A stretch of DNA of 26,635 nt, taken from positions 1 to 26,635 of the forward strand of contig CAZPWM010000038.1 of the NCBI GenBank assembly GCA_964590575.1. The letters are read 5' to 3'. The position numbers were made by a program, and so were the translations under genes. Shown here piece after piece: positions 1-10,178 of this stretch. The stretch is from an uncultured archaeon (GTDB taxonomy: Archaea > Asgardarchaeota > Thorarchaeia > Thorarchaeales > Thorarchaeaceae). How positions within the stretch are numbered: position 1 is the stretch's first letter; each line of letters opens with the position of its first letter. The notes under the pieces were generated by a model, which saw only the letters and a list, made by a program, of their open reading frames with translations, had not been told where the DNA came from and made no database searches.

Positions 1-954
1 GATGACTCCAGTGTTTCTGGGATTGAAGTCACAGACCTTCCTGGCGTAGGTCCAGCTATTGGAAAGCGATTAGCCGAATCAGGCTACAAAAATGTTGAAG
101 CGATAGCTGTTGCATCACCGGGTGAGCTTGCTGCAGCAGGTTCGATTGGAGAAACTACAGCTACTAAGATCATCAAAGCCGCGCGTGAAATGCTTGATAT
201 TGGTTTTGAAACCGCTGATCTTTTCTTGGAACGGAGAAGGACTGCTGGTCGTATCTCAACTGGATCAAAGGCTCTGGATGAGCTGTTTGGTGGTGGACTT
301 GAAACTCAATCCATCACCGAGATGTATGGTTCTTTCAGGTCTGGAAAGACCCAAATTGCACATCAATTAGCTGTTATGATTCAACGTCCTCCTGGAGAAG
401 GAGGGTTGAGCGCGAAAGCAATCTATGTTGATACCGAGGGAACATTCCGTCCAGAGCGGTTAGTTGACATGGCTGAAGCATATGGAATGGACACTGCAAA
501 AGTCTTGAAGAATGTCGTGTGGGCTAGAGCTTATAATTCAGACCATCAAATTCTGTTGTGCGACCAAGCAATGGAGATGGCTAGTGAACATAATGCCAAG
601 CTACTTGTTGTAGACTCAGTCACAAGCCACTTCAGAGCTGAATATACTGGCAGAGGCACTCTAGCAGCTAGACAGCAGAAACTGAATAAACACTTGCATC
701 ATCTTCAGAGAGGTGCAGAGATTAACAACATGGCTGTATACATCACTAATCAAGTGATGTCCCGTCCGGATGCTTTCTTTGGTGATCCAACAGCTCCTGT
801 CGGTGGACATGTACTAGCACATGTACCACAGACTCGTTGTTATCTTAGAAAATCAAAAGGTGAGCGAAGAATCTGCCGCCTTGTAGACTCACCTAATCTT
901 CCTGAAGGTGAAGCTGTCTTCACTGTGATGAAAGAAGGAATTCGTGACGTCTAA
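1..954 (+). CDS. radA: DNA repair/recombination protein RadA (5' end truncated by the window edge)
   Basis: The frame is open from base 1 and includes an HhH motif (DLPGVGPAIGKRL). Walker A GSFRSGKTQ, YVDTEGTFRPERL, Walker B LLVVDS and VGGHVLAH are typical of RadA/Rad51. Confidence 0.97.
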   Translation, partial: DDSSVSGIEVTDLPGVGPAIGKRLAESGYKNVEAIAVASPGELAAAGSIGETTATKIIKAAREMLDIGFETADLFLERRRTAGRISTGSKALDELFGGGLETQSITEMYGSFRSGKTQIAHQLAVMIQRPPGEGGLSAKAIYVDTEGTFRPERLVDMAEAYGMDTAKVLKNVVWARAYNSDHQILLCDQAMEMASEHNAKLLVVDSVTSHFRAEYTGRGTLAARQQKLNKHLHHLQRGAEINNMAVYITNQVMSRPDAFFGDPTAPVGGHVLAHVPQTRCYLRKSKGERRICRLVDSPNLPEGEAVFTVMKEGIRDV

Positions 955-974
955 GTCTTAGAACTGCTTGATGT

Positions 975-997
975 AGATGGTCTCTCTGAGACCATCT
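975..997. terminator. Perfect 10-bp inverted repeat between convergent radA and GGR genes; possible terminator or stability hairpin
   Basis: AGATGGTCTC-tct-GAGACCATCT lies in the 51-nt convergent gap. Confidence 0.5.
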
Positions 998-1005
998 CAT
1001 TTTCT

Positions 1006-2358
1006 CTACTCAAAATTGGCTGACTCGATGATTCCCAATACTGTTTTTTCCCAGGTATCGAGTTTATCCGGGCTGTTTGGATAATTACGATACACCTTGT
1101 CCATTTTTTTCATCAAACCCGCAGTTTTCTGTAATTTCAGCAGAAGTGAGATTTTGCCTGCACCCCTCTTTATCCTCTTCATTTTATCTGCCACACTTAG
1201 TGAAAGTCCATCCCCACGATTAGCAGCCATTAGGTCTTCTGCCTCTAAGAGTCGCCTTTCGAAACCGAAGTCCATATCCTCGTCAGATACTGCTTGCAGG
1301 AGTCTCCGGAAGATTTCGAGTGAAGCCAATCGTCTACCGAAATTCGGAAGATAGCGAGTGTTGTAGGACCATAGGCCTGTTGCTGTTAGATTTCTACTCG
1401 CAATTGATTCTCGCACAACTTCACCTAGTATAATTCCTGCTCGCATTCCGGCACCAATTCCGCCTCCATGAATTGGATTGACCTGCAATGCTGCATCACC
1501 AACAAAAGCTATCCCCTCTCCAACTAGGCTCTTGAGAGGCCTCCGGACTGGGACTGCTCCTCCTTTTCCATCGATTAGTTCTGCTCCAAAGAGTAATGGA
1601 TAATTCTCCTTGAACTTTGTGAAATATGATTTGGGTGATCCTCGCCCTTTTCCTCCTGTTATCCCAACACCTGCATTGACCTCTTGAACACCCTTTGGGA
1701 AGATCCATGCATATCCTTGTGGTGCTGCCTCACCCCCAAGAAAAACACGTGCGACCTCTGGTTCAGCTAATGGCATCTTAAGACGGACGACCTCCCTGTA
1801 ACAGAGGGCGATATCTTCTTTGTCAATATTGTTCTCAATCAAAGAGTGTTCTAATTTACTTCTAATCACTGCGGCAAAACCACTTGCATCGACAACAATC
1901 TTACACTTGATTATGACCTCTTCTCCAGATGTGAGGTCTTTGTACTCGATACCTTTGACTTGGTCTCCGAGCACCATGGGACTTCCAACATGGATATTCG
2001 GAAGGAACTTTGCGCCTGCAGTAATCGCCTCATTCAAGAGTCGTTGGCCAAAATTTAACCTGTTCACAGTCCATCCATCGAACTCTGTCCATCCTCTAAC
2101 TTTCAACTCGTTTTTCCTGTTGGGTGGATAGACATCTGCGCCCGTAATTTCATAGGAAACTTCGTCACCTTCTGGATAATCTATACCTGTTGCCTCAAAG
2201 TGTGATCTGCTGATCTCGTCTCCGCAAACTTTCTGTCCGATTTCTTTCAATGGTTTTCTGTCTAAAAGGAGTGTTTTCAAACCAAGTTCTGCACATCTTC
2301 TAGCAGTAACGCATCCTGCGGAACCAGCTCCAACAATTACAACATCAGGTCTCTTCAA
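1006..2358 (-). CDS. Geranylgeranyl reductase family flavoprotein (DGGGPL reductase-like)
   Basis: FAD-binding VVIVGAGSAG, KVCGD, YAWIFPKG and VGDAALQVNPIHGGGI motifs; TTG start. Confidence 0.9.
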   Translation of the reverse strand: MKRPDVVIVGAGSAGCVTARRCAELGLKTLLLDRKPLKEIGQKVCGDEISRSHFEATGIDYPEGDEVSYEITGADVYPPNRKNELKVRGWTEFDGWTVNRLNFGQRLLNEAITAGAKFLPNIHVGSPMVLGDQVKGIEYKDLTSGEEVIIKCKIVVDASGFAAVIRSKLEHSLIENNIDKEDIALCYREVVRLKMPLAEPEVARVFLGGEAAPQGYAWIFPKGVQEVNAGVGITGGKGRGSPKSYFTKFKENYPLLFGAELIDGKGGAVPVRRPLKSLVGEGIAFVGDAALQVNPIHGGGIGAGMRAGIILGEVVRESIASRNLTATGLWSYNTRYLPNFGRRLASLEIFRRLLQAVSDEDMDFGFERRLLEAEDLMAANRGDGLSLSVADKMKRIKRGAGKISLLLKLQKTAGLMKKMDKVYRNYPNSPDKLDTWEKTVLGIIESANFE

Positions 2359-2388
2359 AGTCTATCGATATGATAGGAGCGCTCTGTA

Positions 2389-2396
2389 ATTTAAAT
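2389..2396. promoter_or_regulatory. Putative archaeal TATA box (ATTTAAAT) in the divergent GGR/purA gap
   Basis: Palindromic TTTAAA about 31-38 nt upstream of the GGR start. Confidence 0.4.
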
Positions 2397-2464
2397 GCCT
2401 GCATGATTACCAAGGTCAAATACTAGCCATAATGGTTATCTGCAACCAACGACGGCACCGAATC

Positions 2465-3766
2465 ATGAACTCCTCGCAGAACTTGGTTATTGTCGGGTTG
2501 CAATGGGGCGATGAAGGGAAAGGAAAGATTGTCGATGTTCTTTCTGAGAACTTCGATATTGTGGTACGATTTCAGGGTGGTAGTAATGCAGGTCATACAG
2601 TACTCGTCGATGGTGTGACTCATAAATTTAGAATCCTACCCACTGGAGCAATCCGAGGAAAGAGAGTTGTGATTGGTAACGGTGTTGTTGTTGACCCAGT
2701 TGTACTGGTTCAGGAGATAGAAACTCTCACAAACAATGGCGTGAATATCGACCTTCTTATTAGTGATCGAGCCCACTTGATTACACCTTATCAGATTCAG
2801 ATTGACGGTCTCCACGAAGATGCAAAGGGTAGGAAAAAGGTTGGTACCACTAAACGAGGAATTGGTCCTACTTACGCTGACAAGGTATCACGGATAGGTG
2901 TTAGATTTTGCGATTTTATGGGAACAACAAATGAACAGTGGGAAATTCTAGAGTCTATGTCTAAATCTAGTATTGAGAAGGTGCATGAAACTACTATTGT
3001 TGACCCCGATTCCGCATCAAAGAAATCATTCTCTACCCTTGTTCAGAAGTTATTATCCTACGTTGGTGACTGTGGAGAATATTTGGAGTCCGAGATGAAC
3101 CTTGGAAAGCGTGTTCTCTTTGAAGGAGCGCAAGGAGCTTTGCTTGATATTGATCATGGAACATACCCCTATGTAACTAGCTCAAATTGTGTTTCGGCTG
3201 TGGCTTCAACTGGGACTGGAATCTCTTTTTCACGCCTTGGCTCAGTTCTTGGCATATCTAAGGCTTATTTGACACGAGTTGGAACTGGACCATTTCCAAC
3301 TGAACTTGAGGATGATATCGGAGAGAAACTGCGAGAACGTGGAAAAGAATACGGTACTGTGACCGGACGGCCTCGAAGATGTGGTTGGCTGGACCTTGTT
3401 GCACTAAAATATGCCATTCGTCTCAACGGCTGTGAATACCTCGCAATTACTAAAACTGATGTTCTGACTGGAATTGACCCGCTGAAGGTCTGCGTCGCAT
3501 ATGAGATTAATGGAATAGAAACAAGGACATTCCCTGCAAGTGCTGAAGTTCTTTCGGAGGTTATTCCAGTGTATAAAGAGATAGATGGCTGGTCAGAGGA
3601 CATTCAAGTTCCTTCCGACGTTGAAGGTCTGAAGGGTCTTCCTGATCAATTGCAAAAGTATCTCTCGCTCATTAATCAGTCAACTAGCTCAAAGATTGCT
3701 TTGGTTTCCATTGGTCCTGATAGAGCAGAAACTATCATGCTTCGAGAGACAGGATCTAACATCTAA
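2465..3766 (+). CDS. purA: Adenylosuccinate synthetase
   Basis: Motifs GLQWGDEGKGK, GGSNAGHT, GTTKRGIGPTY, FEGAQG and GTVTGRPRRCGWLD. The ATG at 2465 is preferred over 2432. Confidence 0.97.
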   Translation: MNSSQNLVIVGLQWGDEGKGKIVDVLSENFDIVVRFQGGSNAGHTVLVDGVTHKFRILPTGAIRGKRVVIGNGVVVDPVVLVQEIETLTNNGVNIDLLISDRAHLITPYQIQIDGLHEDAKGRKKVGTTKRGIGPTYADKVSRIGVRFCDFMGTTNEQWEILESMSKSSIEKVHETTIVDPDSASKKSFSTLVQKLLSYVGDCGEYLESEMNLGKRVLFEGAQGALLDIDHGTYPYVTSSNCVSAVASTGTGISFSRLGSVLGISKAYLTRVGTGPFPTELEDDIGEKLRERGKEYGTVTGRPRRCGWLDLVALKYAIRLNGCEYLAITKTDVLTGIDPLKVCVAYEINGIETRTFPASAEVLSEVIPVYKEIDGWSEDIQVPSDVEGLKGLPDQLQKYLSLINQSTSSKIALVSIGPDRAETIMLRETGSNI

Positions 3767-4299
3767 ACGTGTTTCACTTCTATCATCACAATGGAAATGA
3801 TGATGACTGCTGCAATGATGAGCAGTATAGGGGGAGCAAAGCTGAGGAAAATTCCAAAGTACTGTACAATCCTCGCAGGATCTAGAGCAATTATTGCTAG
3901 ATGTCCCCACACAAGAAGAAATCCATAGATTGCGAAAATCGGATAGAGGATTGGACCTCCAGTAATAACAAGGAGAAGAATGATCACTGCTAACCGATTC
4001 TTCGTAGGGTCAAACAGGGGCACCTTAATAGTTTCTTGATCACTTACTTCAAAATAGTACATAATGAGTATAGTCGGCAATCGCAGCCGAATCAATTCTA
4101 GAATTTGTACACCCTGCTGTATCGAGAGAAGTATGAATGTGTGGCATAGCATGTATCCTAGGACCATGCCGTTTAGGATAGGTAACGATGGTGTAAAAAG
4201 CTGCAAACTTTCGATGATTCCTACTAAAACTGAAAAGTTGACCAAAAATAAGATTAGATGCCCGAGTGCACCCTTCAGATACTGGAATTTAGATACCAT
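3763..4299 (-). CDS. Uncharacterised multi-pass membrane protein (about 4 TM helices)
   Basis: Several long hydrophobic segments and a purine-rich RBS; starts 23 nt after the stop of the Rab-like GTPase gene. Confidence 0.75.
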   Translation of the reverse strand: MVSKFQYLKGALGHLILFLVNFSVLVGIIESLQLFTPSLPILNGMVLGYMLCHTFILLSIQQGVQILELIRLRLPTILIMYYFEVSDQETIKVPLFDPTKNRLAVIILLLVITGGPILYPIFAIYGFLLVWGHLAIIALDPARIVQYFGIFLSFAPPILLIIAAVIIISIVMIEVKHV

Positions 4300-4322
4300 C
4301 CATTTCCTTCCTAGCAGTCTTC

Positions 4323-4922
4323 TCAGACGCCTAGCTTGAATGGTTTTGGTGGTTGTGATCCTGACATTGGATCATGTGGACCCACTTCCGCTTGCTTAGC
4401 AATTGCTCTTTGAACAAGATCTGTGAAGAGGGTGCTAACATTCTCACCTGTCTTTGCTGATGTTTCATAGTGCAGGACATCCAACCATTTAGTGACCATA
4501 TTAGCGGCTTCCGGAGGGACAAGTCTGTCCTCACGATCGATTTTATTGGCTACGATCGCAACTACGGCGTTAGGACACACAGTGATAAACTTGGTGAACC
4601 ACTCCCCTATGTCCAAAAACGTCTGAGGTCGGGTCACATCATATACAATAATTGCCATGGTGGCACCAGCCATGTACCTACGCCTAAGTTCGTTATAGGT
4701 AGGCTGGCCTGCGAGGTCCCAAAGGACAACTCGAGCTGTAACAGTACTCCCGCTTGGTAACACCGTGTTTACTGTCTTCAAGGCAAAGGTCGTTCCAATC
4801 GTTGCAATATAGCGTTCACTGAAACTGTCCTCTGTGTATCTCTTAATACAACTAGTCTTGCCAACCGCCCCGTTTCCCAGGGCGACAAGCTTGAACATAT
4901 GACTAGCGTCCTCTGTTGACAT
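4323..4922 (-). CDS. Rab-like small GTPase (Ras superfamily)
   Basis: G1 GNGAVGKTS, G2 TIG, G3 WDLAGQ, G4 NKID, G5 ETSAK; Rab-like IVYDVT. Confidence 0.95.
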   Translation of the reverse strand: MSTEDASHMFKLVALGNGAVGKTSCIKRYTEDSFSERYIATIGTTFALKTVNTVLPSGSTVTARVVLWDLAGQPTYNELRRRYMAGATMAIIVYDVTRPQTFLDIGEWFTKFITVCPNAVVAIVANKIDREDRLVPPEAANMVTKWLDVLHYETSAKTGENVSTLFTDLVQRAIAKQAEVGPHDPMSGSQPPKPFKLGV

Positions 4923-5111
4923 GACACGACGTCCTTAGTTTCACTACCAAGTATTTCTTTTTCAGTTTGACTAATAATAGTTCTGAGTATATCCTCGTAA
5001 TATTGTGAAAAATACCAAGATTAGAAGGAGTGTATTATCAGGTCTATCATAGTAAGGATTATACTGGACCTTTTCCATATTCGGATGAAATTTCGATTAT
5101 TGGTGAGAACC

Positions 5112-5834
5112 ATGGCAGAACAATTCCTTAGCCGTTTGACGAAGATCGAAGATAGTATAAACCAACTTGGGGAAACCTTGAAACGAATGATCACGATTTT
5201 AGGCACTGTTACTGAGATAAAATCCGAGGTACGTGTTGCAAAGGACGAGATCATTTCAGCTCTGGGAAAACAAGCTCCTCCTGCTCCAGCAGCTGACAAT
5301 CAGGAAGCTCTTGCTTCAATGGTTGTTCAAGAAGTCGGCGCTATTAGGGTCTTTGTCCAAGAATCAGTTGAGCGTTTAAGGAATGAGCTGACTCAGATAA
5401 TTGAAAACATGCCAGCTCCTGCACCTGCCGCTCCTGCACCCGGGCCTGTGATCCCAACTCCTACCCCTACACCTCCGCCTGTGCAAACTCCCTCTCCTGA
5501 ACCATCAATAGCTCCCACACCTGAACCAACACCTGCTTCCGCAGTAGCTCCATCATCAGTTCCTGCAGATAAAGCGATGCAAATTGCAGACCATCTCAAT
5601 TCTATCGTCAAATCACTAAAGATGGGTTGCATAGCTGGCGATGTCTTAGATGCTATGGCTGAAGCTAAAGACGCCATCACAAAGATTGTTCCCAGCGACC
5701 CAATTATGGTTCACATCGATAGATGGGCTGGTTTGGTGGGTGGTTATCAGAGGCGTAAAGAAATCCAAGCTCGAGATATTATAAAACTGAAGAAAGATAT
5801 CAAAGCAGAGATCCCAAAATATAAGATCGGTTAG
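5112..5834 (+). CDS. Hypothetical protein with an N-terminal coiled coil, a Pro/Thr/Ala-rich linker and a C-terminal helical domain
   Basis: GGTGA RBS before the ATG at 5112; heptad-like N-terminus; PAPAPAAPAPGPVIPTPTPTPPP linker. Confidence 0.8.
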   Translation: MAEQFLSRLTKIEDSINQLGETLKRMITILGTVTEIKSEVRVAKDEIISALGKQAPPAPAADNQEALASMVVQEVGAIRVFVQESVERLRNELTQIIENMPAPAPAAPAPGPVIPTPTPTPPPVQTPSPEPSIAPTPEPTPASAVAPSSVPADKAMQIADHLNSIVKSLKMGCIAGDVLDAMAEAKDAITKIVPSDPIMVHIDRWAGLVGGYQRRKEIQARDIIKLKKDIKAEIPKYKIG

Positions 5835-6262
5835 TATTCTTCCGCTTCTTCTTCTTCAGCTCCATCAGCTATAAGCTTCATCGTTGCTAATACTCTGATA
5901 ATATCAGTGGTAGCTAAAAGTCCGATGATGTCATGACCTTCAATAACTGGTATGTACCGGTATCCTGTTTGATTGATCAAAGAAATTGCTTGCCCAATAT
6001 CCGCCTCTGGGCCAATGGTCACAACAGGGGTGGTCATGATATCTTTCACACATAGAGATTGAAATGACTCTTTTGAGAGGAGTTGAGCTCCAACAATCTC
6101 ACGCCGAGTGACGAGCCCCGCAAGTACATCTGCTTTCGTAATAAGTAGACTCCCAACATCTTCTGCTGCCATCAATCTGGCAGCGTCTATAACAAGAGTG
6201 TCTGCATCAGCTGTGATAATTATCGAAGTCATGATGTCCCTTACTTTCACGTTCCCGTTCAC
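5831..6262 (-). CDS. CBS domain pair protein
   Basis: KVRDIMT...GLVTRREI and VKDIMTTPVVTI...GLLATTDI; GTG start; acidic tail. Confidence 0.92.
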   Translation of the reverse strand: MNGNVKVRDIMTSIIITADADTLVIDAARLMAAEDVGSLLITKADVLAGLVTRREIVGAQLLSKESFQSLCVKDIMTTPVVTIGPEADIGQAISLINQTGYRYIPVIEGHDIIGLLATTDIIRVLATMKLIADGAEEEEAEEY

Positions 6263-6277
6263 CTCATCTGGAAGAAC

Positions 6278-6886
6278 TCACATCAGAGGACCTTTGTTCT
6301 CTGAAAGTGCTTTTTCCAGTACAACCTCTGCAGTGCGAGTGAACACATTGTCGACCGCATTGCCAGTCTTTGCCGAAGTTTCAAAATACTCTGCTTGGAA
6401 CCAATCGCGTAACATCATTCCGGGCTCGTGAGGAACCATTCTCTTGTCTAATAGGTCCACCTTGTTAGCACTAATTATAACTGGTGAATCAGGACAGACT
6501 TCTTTGAATGATTCAAACCAGTTGTTCATTGCCATGAATGTTTCAGGACGTGTGACATCATACACGACGATGGCTGCTGATGCGCCTTTCATGAATTGTC
6601 TGCGAAGCTCTCTGTAGGTCGATTGACCCCCCATGTCCCATATATTCAAACGAACTTTCCGAACGATACCTTCGCTGTCAGTCACATCAATGTCCTTAGT
6701 GGCGAAGGTTGTTCCAATTGTTTGCTTGTACTCTTCATCAAAGAGGTTCTCAGTGTATCTCCTCACAAGCGATGTTTTTCCTACAGCTGCTTCCCCAAGC
6801 AAAACAACTCGAAACTTATATCCTTCGAAGCCATTGGAATTATCTGCCTCATAAATGGTTTCTGAAGAATCGTTTCTTTGAGTCAT
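6278..6886 (-). CDS. Rab-like small GTPase (second paralog)
   Basis: G1 GEAAVGKTS, TIG, WDMGGQ, NKVD and ETSAK motifs. Confidence 0.95.
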   Translation of the reverse strand: MTQRNDSSETIYEADNSNGFEGYKFRVVLLGEAAVGKTSLVRRYTENLFDEEYKQTIGTTFATKDIDVTDSEGIVRKVRLNIWDMGGQSTYRELRRQFMKGASAAIVVYDVTRPETFMAMNNWFESFKEVCPDSPVIISANKVDLLDKRMVPHEPGMMLRDWFQAEYFETSAKTGNAVDNVFTRTAEVVLEKALSENKGPLM

Positions 6887-6989
6887 GTTAGAGCACCCTA
6901 AATAGTCGCTTGCTGGATATGCAATGACACCTCTCAGTCTTTGTCTTATATCTTTTCTGCGGAGATTCTCATGGGTTTAATTCTATGCT

Positions 6990-8669
6990 TCAATCAGTCC
7001 ATTCAGTACTTCTTGGCATAAAGATCTCAAATGCGACAACTGGATATCCAATTCCGAAATTCCAGAGTATCTCAGGAGATATCTCACCAAAGGAACCCCA
7101 TTTTTTACCATCAATCTTGATGCTTGCAGATCTGCCATCTATGTAATCTGAGCTATTCTCTGACTCGAAAGCAAATCGTTCGTCAAGTCCAAGGTTTCGT
7201 AGTAGGAATCCAATCTCTGACATGAGTTTGGTGATGTTTACTTTGACATCGGTTTCCACACCACAAACAGAGGGAACTTGGTCGACACGTGTTTCTTTAG
7301 CCTCATCAGGAATTGCCACGTCTCCGACCTCGAAAATCTTCTGCGGATAGTCTGCATGCTGATTTTGTGAGGTGAAATCAAGAAGAATCGGTAGAAGTGA
7401 ATTTCTTAGTACAGAGTAGTTTCGACTCTTTGGATTCCCTGTCGTGACTATCGGTCGATCTCGAAGCATTTTATCATTGAGCAACTCCGGAGAACTCATG
7501 ATGTAATTCATGACTTCCTGATAACCCATACCCACCATAAGGTCTCTAACCTTGTTCTTTATTCTGGTCACTGGATCACTCTTACCTGTGGTCATTGTTT
7601 GTGGCATTGCAGGTTTGAGATTATCAAATCCATAGCCAATGGCAATGTCCTCCATGATATCAACAGGATGAAGAATGTCCATCCGGAACTTGGGAATGAG
7701 GATTTGCATCTGGTTTGTTTTCACAACCCTTACGCCATAGCCCATTCTCTCCAATGCTTGGATTATCTCGCTTCCAGTCAAATCAAGTCCAATCAACGCT
7801 GTGATATCCTCTATTTTGAGTGTCATCTTTTCAGGCTTGAAATCTGGAGTTTCATCTGTAGAACCATCTGGGTAGACCACAGTCACAGACTCAATCTTAC
7901 CTCCCCTTTCTGCAAGAGAGGCTGTTATGATGTTTAGTGCTTGATGGACTGTGGGAAGATGGGTCCCTGTGACCTCTACAAAGACATTCCGAGTTTCTGT
8001 GGTCATTCGACCTAGGTTGTTGCTATTGATGATTGGTGGGAGACTCAGCACCTGATTGTCTGAGTCGTAGAGCAGTGGCCATTTCTTGTGTTTCTGGATG
8101 ATTGATCCGAATTCGACTCCTTTTTCGTGGTTCGTCAGAATTGTAGGACCATCCATCTCGACTTCATAGCCTAATGGTACGAACTTGATCTTCTCAGGTG
8201 TTTGGGGTCCATAGATGACTGGGAACTTAAGGTCATCAAAGACGTAGAGGCCTATGCTGGCTTTGCTTCTGTTCCTTCCATGTGTTGATGTAAGGGCATC
8301 CTGCAGGTGCATATACTCCTTGATTAACTCATCATCTGTTGGAATGCCTTTGATGATTGAACAACAAATGTATGGTCTGATTTTGTCAAGACCTGGTTTG
8401 ATGATGATCTGTTTTCCTGACTTCTTCACAGGATAGTTCTTCAATCCTGTTTCAAGACGCAAGAATGACCTTACAGCTCGTGCTATCCCCTCTGTGGATA
8501 GCATATCTTGACGGTCTGGATTAACCTCTATCTCAATGATGTTGCCTTCAATCTTCTCAACCTCTGCTTTTATCAGAAATAATGTGTCCTCTAGCTGTTT
8601 TAAGGTCAATTTCTTTCCGATCAGTGAGAGAAGGTCATCAATTCTACTTTCGACGATCATAGTTTTCAC
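6990..8669 (-). CDS. pheT: Phenylalanine--tRNA ligase beta subunit (archaeal type)
   Basis: NPDRQDMLSTEGIARA, SLPPIINS, RMDILHPVDIMEDIAIGYG and LRNSLLP motifs; the GTG start directly follows the pheS stop. Confidence 0.96.
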   Translation of the reverse strand: MKTMIVESRIDDLLSLIGKKLTLKQLEDTLFLIKAEVEKIEGNIIEIEVNPDRQDMLSTEGIARAVRSFLRLETGLKNYPVKKSGKQIIIKPGLDKIRPYICCSIIKGIPTDDELIKEYMHLQDALTSTHGRNRSKASIGLYVFDDLKFPVIYGPQTPEKIKFVPLGYEVEMDGPTILTNHEKGVEFGSIIQKHKKWPLLYDSDNQVLSLPPIINSNNLGRMTTETRNVFVEVTGTHLPTVHQALNIITASLAERGGKIESVTVVYPDGSTDETPDFKPEKMTLKIEDITALIGLDLTGSEIIQALERMGYGVRVVKTNQMQILIPKFRMDILHPVDIMEDIAIGYGFDNLKPAMPQTMTTGKSDPVTRIKNKVRDLMVGMGYQEVMNYIMSSPELLNDKMLRDRPIVTTGNPKSRNYSVLRNSLLPILLDFTSQNQHADYPQKIFEVGDVAIPDEAKETRVDQVPSVCGVETDVKVNITKLMSEIGFLLRNLGLDERFAFESENSSDYIDGRSASIKIDGKKWGSFGEISPEILWNFGIGYPVVAFEIFMPRSTEWTD

Positions 8670-10178
8670 CTACCTCACGAAATAGCTCCTCCTAAGCCAA
8701 TTCAGATCTCGCGAGAAGAGATCCCTGATGTCATTGATACCCATTGCTGCCATGTATAGCCTACCAGCTCCAATTCCCCAGGCAAGGACTGGCTCCTTTA
8801 TTCCGAGGGGTTGCATGACCTCTGGTCTGAATATTCCTGAACCTCCAAGCTCAATCCACCCATGTTTTTCATGTTTCCCGAAGGTTTCGACACTTGGCTC
8901 TGTGAATGGGAACTGTCCAGGTTTGAACTTGAGTTTCTCAATACCAACTGCCTTGCATATTGATGTGAGGTATCCGAGTAGGTCTCGTAAGGTCAATCCC
9001 TTGTCCATGATGATTCCTTCACACTGATCGAATTCCTGTGCATGTGTCGCACTAAGTGTTTCAGATCTGAAATTTCGATCAATGATGAACATCTTCTGAG
9101 GTCCTTCACGATGCTCGTAGAGGTATCTCATTGATACTGGAGTTGTGTGTGGACGAAGACAGAGTCTGGTTGCCACTTCTTCGCTATATGGCCAATCCCA
9201 TCCCTTTGATCCTGTGTCACCACCATTCTCGTGGACCGCCTTCACTGCCTTGTAGTATTTTTTGTCCTCAATATGTCCATGATCATAAGGAGATACAACA
9301 CGGAACTGATCCTGTACTTCTCTTGAAACATGGTCTTGGGGTACGAATAAGGTGTCATGACCCCAGAACTCAGTCTCTACATAAGGTCCAAACCATTCTG
9401 TGAATCCTAAGCCAATCATGATTTCTCTAAGCCAGTCATTGAACTCAGCGTATGGGTGCTTTTTTCCATAGTTTGCGTAGGCTGGTACAATGTCCACATT
9501 ATAAGGTCTGAATGACTCTTCCTTCCAACTACCGCTAGCAAGTATCTCTGGAGTAAGGTCTCCAATACCTTTCACACCCACAGAAATCAGTTGGTCTATT
9601 TCTCCGATTCTGGCTCTAACAATCTCTGCTTCCATTTTCTTTGTGATTATCTCAGAAACCAGTTTCCTCTGAAGAGATTGTTTCAGAGAATCGGAATGTG
9701 CCGATGATACTGACTCTTTTCCTGATGAGAGTTGTGAGAGCACATCTGACAAATCAGATTCGGGTGTGTCAACCAGAGAACGTAGCACAGTTGTTCCTTC
9801 TTCTTTGGATATCTGTAGCCATCCATTTTTTCGAGCCCAGTTCATCGCTATGCCTTTGGTTTTTGGATCAAGTCCTGAATGAGCAACAGCATCATCAAAG
9901 AAAGCTTTGCCACCAAGATCCTTCACCCCATAAAAGAGTCGGACCTCAGGAAGCCCATTTTCAACATATCCCAGTCCTTCATCAGTAAGTGAATGTGAAA
10001 CTATCTCTCTTGTATGAATCTCTACAAGATTCCGACCAGCCAATGAGTTGAGAATCGAGATTACTCGTTCCTCACCCTGATTGAGATTGTTTGCAAGCTG
10101 AGCGGCTGGAACACGTTGACCTAAGTTCATTAGTCCTCTGAGTACGGTTCTCTCTCCTTCAGTCAACTGTTCGCTCAT
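8670..10178 (-). CDS. pheS: Phenylalanine--tRNA ligase alpha subunit (long archaeal/eukaryotic type)
   Basis: PQDHVSRE, LRPHTT, FRSE..ATH..EFDQ.EG, FPFTEPS, WIELGGSGIFRPE and AWGIG motifs. Confidence 0.97.
   Translation of the reverse strand: MSEQLTEGERTVLRGLMNLGQRVPAAQLANNLNQGEERVISILNSLAGRNLVEIHTREIVSHSLTDEGLGYVENGLPEVRLFYGVKDLGGKAFFDDAVAHSGLDPKTKGIAMNWARKNGWLQISKEEGTTVLRSLVDTPESDLSDVLSQLSSGKESVSSAHSDSLKQSLQRKLVSEIITKKMEAEIVRARIGEIDQLISVGVKGIGDLTPEILASGSWKEESFRPYNVDIVPAYANYGKKHPYAEFNDWLREIMIGLGFTEWFGPYVETEFWGHDTLFVPQDHVSREVQDQFRVVSPYDHGHIEDKKYYKAVKAVHENGGDTGSKGWDWPYSEEVATRLCLRPHTTPVSMRYLYEHREGPQKMFIIDRNFRSETLSATHAQEFDQCEGIIMDKGLTLRDLLGYLTSICKAVGIEKLKFKPGQFPFTEPSVETFGKHEKHGWIELGGSGIFRPEVMQPLGIKEPVLAWGIGAGRLYMAAMGINDIRDLFSRDLNWLRRSYFVR

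Noticed and set aside
5410-5560. Tandem DNA repeat in the Pro-rich gene
   Set aside because: Codons vary at third positions, so this is protein-level low complexity rather than a DNA repeat.
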